Made by a program: the position numbers and the translations under genes. Below are positions 62,307 to 64,000 of a stretch of DNA of 64,000 bases, piece by piece. The stretch covers positions 1,873-65,872 of the forward strand of contig JBDKLN010000050.1 of assembly GCA_039806045.1 (NCBI GenBank), written 5' to 3'. Source of the stretch: Pseudomonadota bacterium. Lineage in GTDB: Bacteria > Pseudomonadota > Gammaproteobacteria > Burkholderiales > Burkholderiaceae_D. A model generated the notes under the pieces. The model had not been told where the DNA came from. It made no database searches and saw only the letters and a program-made list of their open reading frames with translations. Position 1 is the first letter of the stretch. The number at the start of each line of letters is the position of its first letter.

Positions 62307-63080
62307 ATGAGCCTGAGCTGGCTGATCACGAATGCCCTTGCCTCCCTATTGTTGCCCCCGCTGTCGCTGGTTCTGCTGGGCCTGATCGGTTGGTTCATCC
62401 AACGCCGGCATCGAAAGTCGGGCACCGCATTGATTGTCGTCGCAGTGCTGTTGCTGGTTGGGTTATCAACGGGAGCCGGATCGCGCCTGCTGGTCAAGCC
62501 ACTGGAGGCACGTTACATCCCGGTGTCTGACCCGAAGGCCAGCCGTGCGCAAGCCATCGTCGTGCTGGGCGGCGGCCGGGATCTGTTGGCTCCGGAGGAC
62601 GGCGATCGCGATCGTCCCTCGGCCATCTCTCTGATGCGTTTGCGCCATGGGGCGCGCCTGCATCGACTGACCGGCTTGCCATTGCTGGTCAGCGGTGGCA
62701 AGCCGGATGGACAAGGCGAGAGCGAGGGCGCTGTCATGGCCCGCGCGCTGGATGAGGATTTTCGGGTAAAGGCCCGCTGGATCGAGGATACCTCCGACAA
62801 TACAGCGCAGAACGCATGGCATTCGGCTGACATACTCAGGCAAGCGGGTGTTCAGCGCATCCTGTTGGTGACCGATGCCGTCCACATGCAGCGGTCTGAG
62901 CACATATTCCAACGAACAGGCCTCGAAGTGGTGCCGGCGCCGACGGCCTTCAAAAAGGTGGCCCCCGTCACGGCGGCCAGCTTCATCCCTTCCGCCGGGG
63001 CACTGGTTGACAGCCACTACGCGCTGCATGAATGGGTAGGCGTGGTCTGGTATCAGCTGCGCCACGGCTTGCTTGACTAA
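62307..63080 (+). CDS. YdcF/ElyC (DUF218) family protein
   Basis: AIVVLGGG, LLVSGG, SEGAVM, SDNTAQNA, LVTDAVHMQRS and HEWVG motifs. Confidence 0.88.
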   Translation: MSLSWLITNALASLLLPPLSLVLLGLIGWFIQRRHRKSGTALIVVAVLLLVGLSTGAGSRLLVKPLEARYIPVSDPKASRAQAIVVLGGGRDLLAPEDGDRDRPSAISLMRLRHGARLHRLTGLPLLVSGGKPDGQGESEGAVMARALDEDFRVKARWIEDTSDNTAQNAWHSADILRQAGVQRILLVTDAVHMQRSEHIFQRTGLEVVPAPTAFKKVAPVTAASFIPSAGALVDSHYALHEWVGVVWYQLRHGLLD

Positions 63081-63196
63081 GTGACACGGTCTTTGCCGCC
63101 GCCGGGCCAGAGCTGCGTTATGCTTTTTGTTACGTCTGCCATGCCAGCCCAGCGAGGGCAGGGCAGTTCTGCCAACGACAACGCAGGAGAGCCGTG

Positions 63197-63499
63197 ATGC
63201 ACGATTCCCATATCGAGACCGTTCGCAATGACCTGAAATCCCTGGTGCGCGAAGCCCAGGGCCTGTTCGACGAGGCAGCCAGTGCCGGCGGCGCACGCGC
63301 CGACGAGCTGCGCTCGAAAGCCTCGAAGATGCTCGACGACGCACTGCACCGCGCGCATGAGCTGCAAGATGCCGCGATCAAGCGTGGTCGCCAGATTGCG
63401 CATGACACCGATGCCTACGTTCATGAACATCCGTGGCGCGCGATCGGCATTGCCGGCGCCGTCGGCGTGTTGATCGGGATGCTGATCGCGCGCCGCTGA
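63197..63499 (+). CDS. ElaB/YqjD (DUF883) family protein
   Basis: DAYVHEHPWRAIGIAGAVGVLIGMLIARR C-terminus. Confidence 0.92.
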   Translation: MHDSHIETVRNDLKSLVREAQGLFDEAASAGGARADELRSKASKMLDDALHRAHELQDAAIKRGRQIAHDTDAYVHEHPWRAIGIAGAVGVLIGMLIARR

Positions 63500-63502
63500 T
63501 CC

Positions 63503-63898
63503 ATGGAAGAAAACACGCCGGCCACGCCGGGACTCATCGCCCATGCCCGTACGCTGTTAACCGGCATGGCCGGGCTGGCGCGAACGCGCACGTCGCTGGC
63601 GATGCTGGAACTGGCCGATGCACGCGATGCGCTGTTGCAAGTGATGTTCATGGGCGCCACCGCCTTGCTGCTGGCCGGTTTTGCGTTGGCCTGCCTGTCC
63701 GCGCTGGTCGTCGCATTGTGCTGGGATGCGCTGGGCTGGGGCATCTTGCTGCTGTTGTTCCTGATCTATGCAGGCCTTTCGGTGCTGCTGTTGCAGCGTG
63801 CGCGTGCCATCGTTGCCAGCGGCCGCATCGGCCTGCCGGCGACCATGGAAGAATTGCGCAAGGATCGCGAAGCCTTGGTCCAGGGGGATGCCGAATGA
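63503..63898 (+). CDS. YqjE-like membrane protein ('phage holin family' domain)
   Basis: RTRTSLAMLEL, two TM segments, ATMEELRKDRE; follows the yqjD-like gene. Confidence 0.82.
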   Translation: MEENTPATPGLIAHARTLLTGMAGLARTRTSLAMLELADARDALLQVMFMGATALLLAGFALACLSALVVALCWDALGWGILLLLFLIYAGLSVLLLQRARAIVASGRIGLPATMEELRKDREALVQGDAE

Positions 63899-64000
63899 GA
63901 AGCGGCATGACGCGTGAGCAGCAAAAGAAGCTGTTGCTGGCTGAGGGTGCGCTCCAGCGGTTCGAATGCGTGCAGGCGCGTCGGGCCATGGCCAATGAGC
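63895..64000 (+). CDS. YqjK-like protein (partial)
   Basis: ATGA overlap; MRSGMTREQQKKLLLAEGALQRFE..., third gene of a yqjD-E-K-type cluster, runs off the window. Confidence 0.55.
   Translation, partial: MRSGMTREQQKKLLLAEGALQRFECVQARRAMANE

Noticed and set aside
63503-63898. Holin-like gene near a tRNA as a prophage
   Set aside because: It sits in the common chromosomal yqjD-yqjE-yqjK-type cluster; no integrase or phage structural genes are visible.

Overview
High-GC betaproteobacterial (Burkholderiales, probably Oxalobacteraceae-like) chromosome segment around the replication origin. Core content: a probable oriC (22039-22342), two parS sites, mnmG-rsmG-parA-parB, atpIBEFHAGDC, a glycerol ABC/kinase/dehydrogenase operon with glpR, hemE, priA, rep, slyX, rdgC and tRNA-Asp. 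No CRISPR array, IS element or prophage is visible. Two candidates for undescribed systems stand out. (1) An amide-utilisation locus (urtABC, permease-fused hybrid kinase, response regulator, amiE) in which the amidase is followed by a CbbQ/CbbO Rubisco-activase-type AAA+/VWA pair, with no Rubisco or nitric oxide reductase gene in the window. The amidase ends in -DKVHR, resembling the C-terminal His-Lys/Arg tag of CbbQO-dependent Rubiscos, which suggests an 'amidase activase'. (2) The hemE-priA spacer holds two modules offset by 300 bp, each made of a DnaA box, an IHF site and a triple DnaA box. This looks like a tandem DARS/datA-like DnaA control locus about 30 kb from oriC. Smaller items: a TACGTC-N4-GACGTA operator family, a candidate three-hairpin sRNA, a tRNA-Asp-linked structured repeat ending in CCA, and an unannotated 59-aa DUF2256-type gene. 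Family assignments come from motif recognition only; no searches were run.
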